Source: Mobula hypostoma (taxonomy: Eukaryota). From it: 64,000 bases of DNA. Location: the NCBI RefSeq assembly GCF_963921235.1, contig NC_086097.1:116252001-116316000 (forward strand). The letters run 5' to 3'. Below, one piece after another: positions 26,628 through 38,329 of the stretch. Every line of letters starts with the position of its first letter. Positions within the stretch are counted from its first letter, which is position 1. The notes under the pieces were generated by a model. The model saw only the letters and a list, made by a program, of their open reading frames with translations, did no database searches and was not told where the DNA came from. Made by a program: the position numbers and the translations under genes.

Positions 26628-27605
26628 AGACACCGTGAAGGAATAGATTTGAGGAATGCGAAACCAGTGCTCATGGCAAAACTCATGCAAACACGAGGAG
26701 GCTAAGTCATGTCAGGCAATTAACAGCTTGGCTCTTCCGAGTCCATTCAAATGATTGAGAAATCATTGTTCGAAAATGTTATATTTAAGTTCATTTTTGG
26801 ACCAATATTTTATTGCCGGCATTTTAATAGAGTGTCAGCATTTTTGAAGGTGTTAATTATTTTTAACTGATTTCCTTTGACATTTTGACAGCTTGAACTT
26901 TACCTTTTCCTCTGAACTTCTTCAGTGTCTGGACTAACAGTTATTTATGTTCACATTTTTTGACATTTAGCATTTTCTTTAAAGGTTTAATTGATTGATT
27001 GTTATATTCAGTTATTTACTATTATGGATTATCTATTTTCTCAATCTTTCCCAACATAACATTTAAATCAATTTTTGCAATCTATGCAGATTAACCCACA
27101 AGCTGTCTGCCAAACATGTTCACCTATCATAAATAATCCATTCCAATTATTCTTCATTACATAATTGAGATGGAGGCAATGAAGATTTGAAATGCAAGAA
27201 AATAAAGATTTGACCTGCCAAGGAGCAACACTTCACATTGGCTAGATTAAGCTTCATCTGCCAAAATAAGAATGGATGTATCTAAAATGGAAATAGAATT
27301 CACTCTTTTTCAGGGATTACAGAAACAGAAACGATTCTGAAATTCGGACAGGACCTTCACCGATCCCATTCTGCTTTGAAGTACAAATATGCTCTTTAAG
27401 AAATGTCTGCCTCTTGGGCAGTAAATTTTATTTGAAATTTAACAGGATAATCTATTAAGTCATGGTTACAACCAATGCAGCATGCAACACCCACTGCCTA
27501 TCTGATACATCCAAGATAATACCTTGAGAAGATGCACAGTGGTAGTGGCAAAAAAAACTTTACATGTTTATACTGACCTGAGGCAAAATAGGGTATCAAG
27601 TCCAA

Positions 27606-27703
27606 ATGGTCACAATTTTGAGTCAGCCGTGAGTGTTGAAGACTACACACAATGAGCACTATGGGACGATGCTAAAAAATGCACAGACTTGATAATGAAA
27701 ATG
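27606..27703 (+). repeat. 98-bp direct duplication, copy 2
   Basis: Ungapped match to 26421-26518. Confidence 0.9.
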
Positions 27704-28188
27704 CCCTATGTATGGCTCAGGCAAGTATAAACATGCAAGGTTTTTGCCACTACCACAATTCATCTTCTATCCATTCTTATTTAGGCCTATATGAAGTGTT
27801 GCTCCTTGGTAGGTCAAATGTAAAGAGGCAGTACAATGTTAAGGGAAGGACCTTTAACAGAGTTGGTGAGCAAAGGAATCTTGAGGTCCAAGTTCACAGC
27901 TTCCTAAAAGTGACTACACAGGTTGATAGGGTAGTATGAAGGCATATGGCAAGCTTGCCCTTATTAATTGAGGCATTAAATTCAAAAGTCTGTGCTGTTT
28001 AACTCTTGTTGTTTCATTTCGTAACTGTCGGTGCGGTCCTTGATATTTTCTGACATTCAGGTTCGTACTCGTCAAAAATCTGTTATGTCTGTGCACGACT
28101 ACACATCAATTCAATAAAAGCATGTACACGGGAGATGGCTTTAACTTAATGGTGTACTCACATTGCAACGACAGAGAGGGAGCAATGA

Positions 28189-28817
28189 GCATGCACAGAC
28201 AACAGTGCATGCGCAGACAACAGTGCATGCGCAGACAACAGTGCATGCACAGACAACAGTGCATGCGCAGACAACAGTGCATGCGTAGACAACAGCGCAT
28301 GCGCAGACAACAGTGCATGCACAGACAACAGTGCATGCGCAGACAACAGTGCATGCGCAGACAACAGTGCATGCGTACACAACAGCGCATGCACAGACAA
28401 CAGTGCATGCGCAGACAACAGTGCATGCGCAGACAACAGTGCATGCGTAGACAACAGTGCATGCACAGACAACAGTGCATGCGCAGACAACAGTGCATGC
28501 GTAGACAACAGTGCATGCACAGACAACAGTGCATGCACAGACAACAGTGCATGCGTAGACAACAGCGCATGCACAGACAACAGTGCATGTGTAGACAACA
28601 GTGCATGCGTAGACAACAGCGCATGCACAGACAACAGTGCATGCGTAGACAACAGTGCATGCACAGACAACAGTGCATGCACAGACAACAGTGCATGCGT
28701 AGACAACAGCGCATGCACAGACAACAGTGCATGCACAGACAACAGTGCATGCGTAGACAACAGTGCATGCACAGACAACAGTGCATGCGTAGACAACAGT
28801 GCATGCACAGACAACAG
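28189..28817. repeat. 18-bp minisatellite, ~35 copies, consensus GCATGCRYAGACAACAGY
   Basis: Directly visible phased tandem array with no indels. Confidence 0.98.
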
Positions 28818-29369
28818 ATCAACACATAGTTCTAAGGGGGGTGGTTGTCATTGCTCCAAAAGAAATAGATCCATGCATTACAAAAAGCAGCATACACAAA
28901 ATGCTAGATGAAATCAGCAGGTGAGGAATTATCCATGGGGAGAAGTAAGGAATTGCCCTGTCACCTCAAGGTACTGTTAATAAATGGGTGATAGAGACTA
29001 CTGATTATTGGTGACTTCACGGGGTAAAAACCCTGTGGCACATGGCCTGCTTCATTTCACAGTCTGAAGAATGAAACCAACTCTTCAGAGCACAGGTCCA
29101 TTTTGATTTTACGCTTCAAGTGATTCTACTGGCGAAAGCATGATGATATGGAACCACACGACAGGCACTGACGGAGGTGGGTGATCTAACACTTCATGTC
29201 TGAGATGAATTGGGAGACTTCACAGCTGAATTAAACTGCATTGTCTTTATTAAGGTATATTGCAAGCTGCACGAGCAGCTGGACTTTTAATATTGCAACA
29301 TGAAAAACAACACCTTCATATTACATTGCAGACTGAAAAATAACGGCTATCACAATGCAACTTCACACA

Positions 29370-29640
29370 CAGCATGGTAGTGTAGTGTTTAGTGTAACAG
29401 CAACCTGGGTTTAATTCTCACTGCTGCCCATGAGGAGTTTGTATGTTCTCCCCGTGACCTTGTTGGTTTCCTCCAGGTCCTTTGGTTTCATGCCACATTC
29501 AACAGATAGACTGGTTGGAAGGTAAATTGGTCATTGTAAATGGTTCTGTTCTTAGGCTAGGGTTAAATCAGAGGACTGCTAGGTGGCATAGCCAGAGTTG
29601 AAAGCCCTATTCCGCGCTCTATGTCAATAAATAAGTAAAC
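29370..29640 (+). mobile_element. V-domain tRNA-SINE
   Basis: Homologous to 25579-25860. Confidence 0.75.
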
Positions 29641-30021
29641 TCTAGAAATGCAGGAATGTGCAAACCTAATCCTAAATAATCACTGTCTTAAAAAGAGATA
29701 CTGACTCAATAGATGCACCCTTGATTTCACATTGCAATGAAATGCTTAGAAATAATTTTAGTCTGGATTCCAGTGAACCTTTAACAAAATATGTAGTTGA
29801 TTAATTACCAAGAATATAATGTGCATCTGTGACTGATTTCAGATGTGAGCAAGCACAATAAAGCTTTCAAGATATTAACTTTCCCCACACAGTATAAAAT
29901 AACCAGCTATTTACTTTTCTTTTTTAAAAAAATTAATAGCTTGCTATCATGCCTTTCTCTTTAATAATAATATGAAATAGTAACTTGCTTTTTCAGTTGC
30001 AGACCAGTCAGAAGTAATACA

Positions 30022-30412
30022 TAAATATGAGAAAGTCTACAGATGCTGGAAATCCAAAGCAACACAGACAAAATGTTGGAGGAACTCAGCTGGTCCAGCA
30101 GCAACTATGGAAATGAATAAACAGTTGACGTTTTGGGCTGAGACCCTTCTTCAGGACCGTAACTGAAGGGGAAAGACACCAGAGTAAAAAGCTGGAGGGA
30201 GGGGAAGGATGATAGCTAGAAGGTGCTATGTGAAGACAGGTGGGTGGGAAAGTTCAAGGGCTGGAGGGGAAGGAATCTGATAGGAGAGGAGAGTGGACCA
30301 TAGGAGAAAAGAAAGGAAAGGGTCCCAGGGGGAAGAGATAGGCAGGTGAGAAAAGATAAATGGCCAGAGTTGGGAATAGCAGAAGAGGGGAAGGGTGGGA
30401 AAAATCTTTTAC
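30022..30412 (-). mobile_element. PLE terminal (pLTR) fragment with decayed hammerhead motif
   Basis: Reverse strand reads GTCCTGAAGAAGGGTCTCAGCCCAAAACGTCAACTG at ~30122-30157; tail present. Confidence 0.8.
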
Positions 30413-30956
30413 TGGAAGCAACTAGAAGTAATACATTTTCAAATGATTCCATTGTACATTTACAAACAGTGAACATGACATAGTTCATCGATTATCCCAA
30501 ATGTAATGTTTCATGACCAATATCTAGCAACCAATGTTTTCTTCCTAACTTGAACCATGATCTCCTATGATATCTGTACGCCATCATATTGTTGGTTAAC
30601 ATTTGATCTTCAGAGTATAGAGGATAATGCAGTTATTGCAGTAATGACTGATGATACATTATTTTGCTTGTGGCAGTGGAGACTTAAATTGCTTCCAAAA
30701 AGCTGACATGGTATTCAAGGGTACTCTGTAGATACACTGCTTCCCTTGCTAATGTCAGCAATACTTTAAGTGATGATTTCTCATCACAATGGTGAAAGTC
30801 ATGTTTGAGAAGAGAATACCACTTTGTCCTGAGTCCTACCACGATCTTCCGGAAGTTTTGGTCAATTGCAAAAGCCTCCATGTCCTGCTTGAAGTGCAGT
30901 CTTACACTTATTACTCTTCTCCAAGTACCATGTCCATTGACCTGTGCCCAGTGACT

Positions 30957-31404
30957 GATTAACTGGACCCTGACAACCTGCACTTGTTCCTCAATCACAT
31001 TTTATTTATGTGTGCGCTAAGAGAACAGCAAGGCCTCTGTCACCAAACTGTTCTGAAGTCCGGGCAAATAAGTGTCATTTTCATACAGCAATTGACTAAT
31101 TGTATACAGATATTGATTCAATGGAAACATTGTGCACTACTGAATCCCATCATTTACATATTTAAGTACCAATCATGATACATATTGCAGGTATTAATAA
31201 TCTATTAAATCTATGAGTTAAAGGCCAATGATACTTGAGAATTAGTGAAATTGCTTTCCAATTGTTAATATTCCCCTAGAATCCTCGGTTTGCCTCTTTA
31301 TCTTGTCTCAGTATGCTTGCTGACCTTGGCTTGCAGGCATGAACAGAAAGGCTGTACAAGACTTAAGCTTTCAAGGGCTGTGTTCAGCCTGGGTGACTCC
31401 ACTG
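30957..31404. repeat. Unclassified ~440-bp interspersed repeat, copy 2
   Basis: Colinear with 20945-21381. Confidence 0.8.
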
Positions 31405-33014
31405 TCTCTGCCAGCTTATCTTGACTGTTGCCTTACTAAATTTCCATATATATAAAAGAAGCTGTATAAATAGGATGCACTCTATTCTGTCAGTGCACCA
31501 TTTTAACCCTTGCCTTGCTGCAATTTCCACAGGCCCTCATCCACTTTCTGGTAATTCCTAAATTAACAGCAAGGTTTTCGTGACTGACTTCTGTTTTGGT
31601 AAGTACATCTAGCTCTTGAGTTTAAGATACACCAGGACCAACAATAGCTGAAACAGTTTCTGCTCTACCTGTTGTGACTATGAACGAAGTCACCAGAAGG
31701 ACACTGAAACTGGTGGATATAGAAGTCTTTATTTAGAAATACAAGCAGGCATCGTACTTGAGACACTTGTGGAAGAAGATGCTCATAAACTCAAAGTACA
31801 TCACATTTTTATACCCTTAAGATCAATGGTAACTCAATACAGTTTCAATACTTACAATGACATTGTTTTACTTCAACACTTTGTGTTAACAATACTTCAA
31901 TTAAGTTACATATAATTTTCAAACACCTAAATCTTCACACCAACACTCCAGACATCCTAGATTGAATGTTAATCACTACCATGTCTGAGCTGCATTCATG
32001 CATAAGCAGACATCTCAGGACAATGGGATGTTTCCTGGTTTACTATTGACCCCAGTCTGCAGCTCCAGGAAGCCATTGTTCTGAGCTGCATTTTAACTTC
32101 AATCTGCAATGCACATTCAGATCTGCAGACTGGTAACCACTGAAATGAATACTTACTATATTCCATATCTCCAGAATATGTCCTAACTTACCTATACCAT
32201 ATATCTGGTGTGCTATTTTTGTCAGTGCAATCTGCAAAATTTTGCAATCAGATGAGTTAATGCTTAAGGATTTTCTTCAATTAATTTCTTCATAGCATTT
32301 CATGTCAGGGAGTAGTACACCCTAGCTATAAATAAATAAAGATACTTTTTGTCATTGCTTTGAAATAGGTTGAAGACATGACAAGTAGGGAGAATATTAT
32401 TTTGAGCATATTTCAAACCAGTGACTCACTAATAATCAATAACTTTACCTAATGATTAAATGTTAGCCATAAGCATCAAATGTCAACTACTTTTCTTCAA
32501 AGGTTAACTGCATGTTATCAAAGTTGCAATTAATCAACTGAAAACCATGTGTGACATGGTGAATTTCTATTTATTTAATGTAAGTAGCCATCTGATTACA
32601 ATTACATTTCATCTTCTTTCACTAACATCTGTACTTGGCACAATGACAATAAAGTTGAATCTATCTAATCTAATCTAATCTAAGTGTATTGAGTATCCAA
32701 TACTTCAGCTGTCCACAATGATGATACTTTGATATTGCTAAGTAATTTCCTTATTTCCAGAAATCGTGTATAGTGTTGTACTCAGAAAGAGTCCAGGTAA
32801 AGAAAATAAATACTAGGACAATGACATGCATGGAAGAACAAATTCACCCCCGCCCCCCCCCCCCACTCCCCACTCCCAGTGAAAAACTCTGGGCTAGAAA
32901 TGCAGCTTCTTTTGTGAAGTATGAATCGGAATGTTACATTTGCTTTCATCGATCACCAGCTGAGTGTGAAAGAGTTGAATTCCTTTCAGTTGTTGTAAGC
33001 CTCAGATGTATACA

Positions 33015-33700
33015 GTCAACGTCAAAGTTGAATGTATTGTCATACGCGCAAAGGCAATGAGAAATTTACTTGCAGCAGCATTACTGTCACATAGTATTGC
33101 ACGAGCAGCATTCACAAGAAAAGCATAAATTAAATATAAATCAGAAACAAATTTTACAAGAAAACATTGAACAAAAAAAAAGTCGATTGTATTGCAATGT
33201 GTTAAATGGTCATAGTGTTAATAAACTGCAGTGATTAAGGCCGTGCCAGTTGGTTCAAGAACCAAATGGTTGAAGTAGAGTAGCTGTTCTTGAACATGGT
33301 GATGTGAGCCTTCAGATTCCTGTACCTTCTGCCTAAATGTAGCTGTGAAAAAAATAGCATGGCCCAGTGGTAGAGCTGTTTGATGGTGAATATTGCTTTC
33401 TTGAGCCAGAATCTCTCCAGGGTAATATCATTGGTGGGGAGAGATGTCCCCGTGATGTATTGGGTAGATTCAACTACCATCTGCAGCTCCTTACATTCCT
33501 GTTCATTGAATTTGCTATAGCAGATCATGATGCAGCCAGAAAGGGCACTTTCAACAGTATATTGGCAGAAGTTTGTTAGAATATTCAATGACAAGGTAAA
33601 TCTCCATAATCTCTTGAGAAAGTAAAGATGTTAACCTACTTCCCGTATGATTGTCTCAATGTACTGGGCCCAGGACAGGACATCTGATATGTTTACACCT
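33015..33700 (-). mobile_element. Rex1/Babar-like LINE 3' fragment
   Basis: LTNFCQYTVESALSGCI..GRRYRNLKAH..FKNSY. Confidence 0.75.
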
Positions 33701-34062
33701 TTCATCCTACACCTGCAAGCACCGATATCAAGTGGAAGACTGGGATCCTCCCAAGTCCATGTGGTTGTTTCACGTGCTGCTTTCTAGCAGTTGGAAATGA
33801 TTACCTGCATATTCAATCATAAGATACTACTTTTGTTTCACAGTCACAAAGTTGAAAATTGTCTTTGTTTTTCAAGAGTGAAGGGCGAGAACAACCTTTC
33901 CTTAGTCTTTCTGGGCACTGGCGACAACCAGATAGTTATTTCTTGGCATGAGTCACTCTTGCACCCTGACACAATGCCCGTCTGGGAGCATTATGGGGGA
34001 GTTTGAACCTTTTTGTTATAGTGAGGTGGTAATGAACACAAGCATATTAACAGAGCAGTCAG

Positions 34063-34477
34063 GCCATCCTCAGGGTGTAGGAGCAACACCTTATATTCTG
34101 TCTGGGTATCCTTCAACCTGATGGCGTAAATATCGATTTCTCCGTCTGATAATTTTTTCCCTCCCCCTCCCCTCTTTTTCTATTCTCCACTCTGGCCTTT
34201 CACCTCTTAACACTTTCCCCTGGGTCCCCTCTTCCTTCCCTTTCTCATATGTCCACTCTCCTCTCATATCAGATTCCTTCTTCTCCAGCCCTCTACCTTT
34301 CCCACTCACTTGGCTTCACCTATCGCCACCTCCTTCCCATACTCCAATATTTTTATTCTGGTAGCTTCCCCCTTCCGTTTCAGTCCTAAAGAAGGGTCTC
34401 TGCTCAAAACTTCGACTTTCATTCATTTCCATGCACGCTGCCTGATCTGCTGAGTTCCTCCAACATTCTTTGTGTGT
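34063..34477 (+). mobile_element. PLE 3' fragment (end of GIY-YIG ORF plus pLTR)
   Basis: EQHLIF.LG.LQPDG coding remnant; decayed hammerhead at 34382-34417. Confidence 0.8.
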
Positions 34478-35320
34478 AGAGTTGGAGCTCTAGGTATCCT
34501 GGCTCGATCCTGCCTGTGTAAGGTTAACACATTCTAATCGTTGGTGTATGTCTTTTCTCCCGGGCGCTGCAGTTCCCTCTCACTCAGGGTTAATTGACTT
34601 CTCTAAAATGTCCCCAGTTAATGAGAGTGGCAGAAGAACCAGTAGCTGAGGGGTATGTGAGAGAAAATAGGCTGGAGGGAAACAAGTGGGGAAAGCAAAC
34701 TATTGGGAATGCTCTGAGAGACAACATAGTGTCAATGGGCCGAATAGCCTATGGGGTAAGGAATATGAATCCGCAATTTACCCTGGTAACACGCTGATGA
34801 CAAAACTATATCCATGCCCACCAACCAGTTTATTAAGCTGAACTATCAACTGCCAATGGAACGTTATCTTAGAGATCACTTGTCTTCACAGAAGAAAACA
34901 GAGTCTGGCTACTACTTTTAGAAACAGCACGGATCATTTCAGGCTGCCTCCATGGTAACCAGTGACATGAGTTAGGATGGAACCCAGATATGGGAGTTAG
35001 AGAGATGGATGCATAGATAAACATATGAACAATGATGGATCAGCTTGCTCAAGCAAATGCATATAGTGTGGCGAGATAGTTAACGGAATATGAGGTAAGA
35101 AATTTGGAAGACCTCTGTATGAAAATGGTATTTGGAGATGTTAGGTTTATTCTTGTGCCATTACTATGGTAACCAAGGTCTTAACTGCAATAGGGTGCTT
35201 TAGGACTATGGTAGCATGCTACTCTTATGCCCTAAACATGGCTTTGTTGCAAACTACTGAATTGCGCGCAGATTAATGTGTGCCCGTTCCAGAAAATGAC
35301 ATGTTAATCTACTTCTGAAT

Positions 35321-35990
35321 ATTAGATTATGAGACCACTCAGTCCTCGTTTATTGTCATTTAGAAATGCATGCACTAAGAAATGATACAATGTTCCTCCA
35401 GTATGATATCACAGAAACACAGGACAGACCAAGACTAAAACTGACAAAAACCACATAATTATAACATATAGTTACAACAGTGCAAAGCAATACTGTAATT
35501 TGATAAAGAGCGGACCATGGGCACGGTAACAAAAAGTCTCCAAGTCCCGATAGCCCCAACATCTCACGCAGATGGTAGAAGGGAGAAACTCTCCCTGCCA
35601 TGAGCCTCCAGCACCGCAAACTTGCTGATGCAGCATCCTGGAAGCATCCGACCACAGCCGACTCTGAGTCCGTCCGAAAACTTCGAGCCTCCAACCAGCC
35701 CTCCAACACCGAGCACTGAGCACCATCTCTGCCGAGTGCTTTTAACCCCACACCGGCCGCCAAGCAACGGGCAAAGCCGAGGACTCAGAGCCTTCCCCTC
35801 CAGAGATTTCGGATCACACAGTAACAGCGGCAGCAAAACAGGCATTTCAGAAGTTTCACCAAATATTCCTCTGTGCTCTCACGTCTGCCTCCATCAAGTC
35901 AGAATTGTGCATGGCACACTACTTGACAGATAACTGATATTCATCACTGGAGAGGCTGCACGCGCTGTGTTGCGCCACCAACTTCTCCTC
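35321..35990 (-). mobile_element. Putative non-autonomous LINE-tailed retroposon
   Basis: CpG-rich body; minus-strand GACAATAAA tail at left; GAGAAG.TGG.GGCGC-type head at right. Confidence 0.5.
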
Positions 35991-36244
35991 ACCAATTATA
36001 TTGGTGACCAATATAATTTATATTAAACATAATGGTGGACTCATAAGCTGGATATATTTGCAGTCAAATGCAAACTTCACAGTGAAACATCATGACAATG
36101 AAGTCCTTATGTGTCAATGTTTCCTGAATCTGAGAAGTATTTCAATCACTTACATGTGGAAGGAAACTTAGGGCTGGTTATAAAATAGCTGATATTTTGA
36201 ATGAAGTGCAGATCAGATTAGCTGGAGTTCTGTCATATTCTATT

Positions 36245-37850
36245 ACATGACCTTGGATCACCTGGACAACGCAAATACTGTACCTATGTCAGGATGCTCT
36301 TTATTAACGACAGTTCTGCATTTAACACCATCATTCCTACAGTCCTACCTGGACCTCTGTACTTCCCTTTGCAACTGGATCCTCGACATCCTAACTAAAA
36401 GACCACAATCTGTGCTGACAACCAACACAGGAATGTGTGTTTAGCCCACTGCACTACTCTTTCTACACCCATGACTGTGTGGCTAGGCATAGCTCGAATG
36501 CCATCTAGAAATTTCCAGATGATACAACCATTGTTGGCAGAATTTCAGATGGTGACAGGAGCGAGATATACCAGTTAGTTGAATGATGTCGCAGCAACAA
36601 CCTTGCACTCCACGTCAACAGGACCAAAGAGCTGATTGTGGACTCCAGGAAGGGTAAGATGAGGGAACACAAACCAATCCTCATAGAGGGATCAGAAGTG
36701 GAGAGAGTGAGCAATTCTAAGTTGCTGGGTGTCAAAATCTCTAAGGACGTAACCTGGTCCCAATATATCGATGCAGCTCTAAGGAAGGCAAGACAGCAAC
36801 TATACTTCATGAGTGGTGTGAGGAGATTTGGTTTATCGACTAAAACACTCAAACTTCTACAAATGAATCATGGAGAGCATTCTAAATGGCTGCAACATGA
36901 TCTGGTGTGAGAGGGAGGGGCTACTGCACAAGATCAAAGAAAGTTGCAGAAACTTGTAAAATTAATCAGCTCCACCATGGGTACCAGCGTCTGCAGTATC
37001 TTCAAGGAATGATGCCAGAGGAGGTTCACAAGGATGATTCTGGAAATGAAGGGGTTAACATATGAAGAGCATTTGTCAGCTATGGGCCTATACTTACTGG
37101 AATTTAAAGAGTTTGGGGGGGATTTCATTGAAACCTAACTAAGGACTAGATAGGGTGGATGTGGAGAGGATGTTTCCTATGATGGGAGTATCCTGATCTA
37201 GAGGGCACAATGTCAAAACTGCGAGGTGAACTTTTAGAACAGTTGAAATGAGGATTTTTTTTAGCCAGAGAGCAGAGAATCTGTGGAATGCTGTGCCACA
37301 GACTGCGGTGGAGACGAAGTCTGTGGGTATATTTATGGAGGAAGTTGATAGTTTCCTGATTGGTCAAGGCATCAAAGGATATGGCAAGAAGGCAGATGTA
37401 TGGGCTTGAGTGGGTTCTGAGATCAGCCATGTTGGAATGGCGGAGCAGACTCGATGGGCTGAATGGCCTAATTCTGATCCTATGTCTTATAGTCTTATGG
37501 TCTTAGGAAGGTGGTACCATCATTAAGGACCCCCAACACCCAGGACATGCTCTTTTCATGCCTGTTACTGGGGGGAAGGAGGAACTGAAATATAAAGGCA
37601 AACAATCAGCAATTCAGGAACAGCTTCTTCCCCTCTGCTATCTGATTTCTAAATGGACATTAAACCCATGAATATCACTTCACTACTTACAGTATTTTAA
37701 CTGAACTACTTAATAAACATATATATACCTACTGTAATTCAGTTTTTTGTCTCTTTTTTTTATCATGTGTTTCATTGTACTGCTGCCATAAACTTAATAA
37801 ATGTCACGACATACGCTGGTGTTACTAAACCGGGTTGTGATTCTGACTCT
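36245..37850 (+). mobile_element. Rex1/Babar-like LINE RT fragment, interrupted by CR1
   Basis: LCNWILDILT.RPQSV; YTHDCVARHSSNA..FPDDTT; VERVSNSKLLGV.IS..TWS; resumes after 37505. Confidence 0.85.
37016..37505 (+). mobile_element. CR1 3' fragment
   Basis: QRRFTRMI coding remnant through the (GTCTTAT)n tail. Confidence 0.85.
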
Positions 37851-38329
37851 GATTTCTTCCTTTCTACATTATCATTTTACAAGACAATAGTCATACCACA
37901 TTTAGCTGATTGCCTCAAAATGACTTACTTATATTAGAATTTACAAGGTCTTGAATTGACCTAACTTATGTGGATAAAATGATAAAATTACTCTACAGAC
38001 TAAATGCCTAAGGTTCGATTCTGCAGGCATGTTCAGAAACCTTAAAAGAAGATCTCTACCGTTCTCAATTTTGTATAGGTGAGAGTCACCACTTCCTTTC
38101 AGTAAGTGAATCTGTGGTGGGTAAATGAATAACATATCTCCATAATAGAATGGCAGACCAAGCTCAAGGAGTTCATTACCTTTTCATTATTCACCAGAAA
38201 AGTCAACTATAATTTACAGAGGAAATTGGAACGAACAAGAATCTCATACAAAACTTTATTCTTTCATTTCTGGTGGGTGTTGAGTCAAAAGAGAACAAGG
38301 TTAGTCTGAAGAATGTCATGATGATGCCC

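Noticed and set aside
28189..28817. CRISPR-like array
   Set aside because: No unique spacers, no cas genes, eukaryotic context
28106..28829. Long ORFs with MRRQQC / HCCLCM / HALLS hexapeptide repeats as a metal-binding or protamine-like gene
   Set aside because: Open frames on both strands follow automatically from an 18-bp unit with few stop codons; no unique domain or splice evidence
31674..32237. Possible LTR starting TGTGAC
   Set aside because: No matching right terminus or TSD found
37929..38040. Minus-strand exon-like segment (TTTTAAG| ... |GTAAGT)
   Set aside because: All frames closed; unsupported
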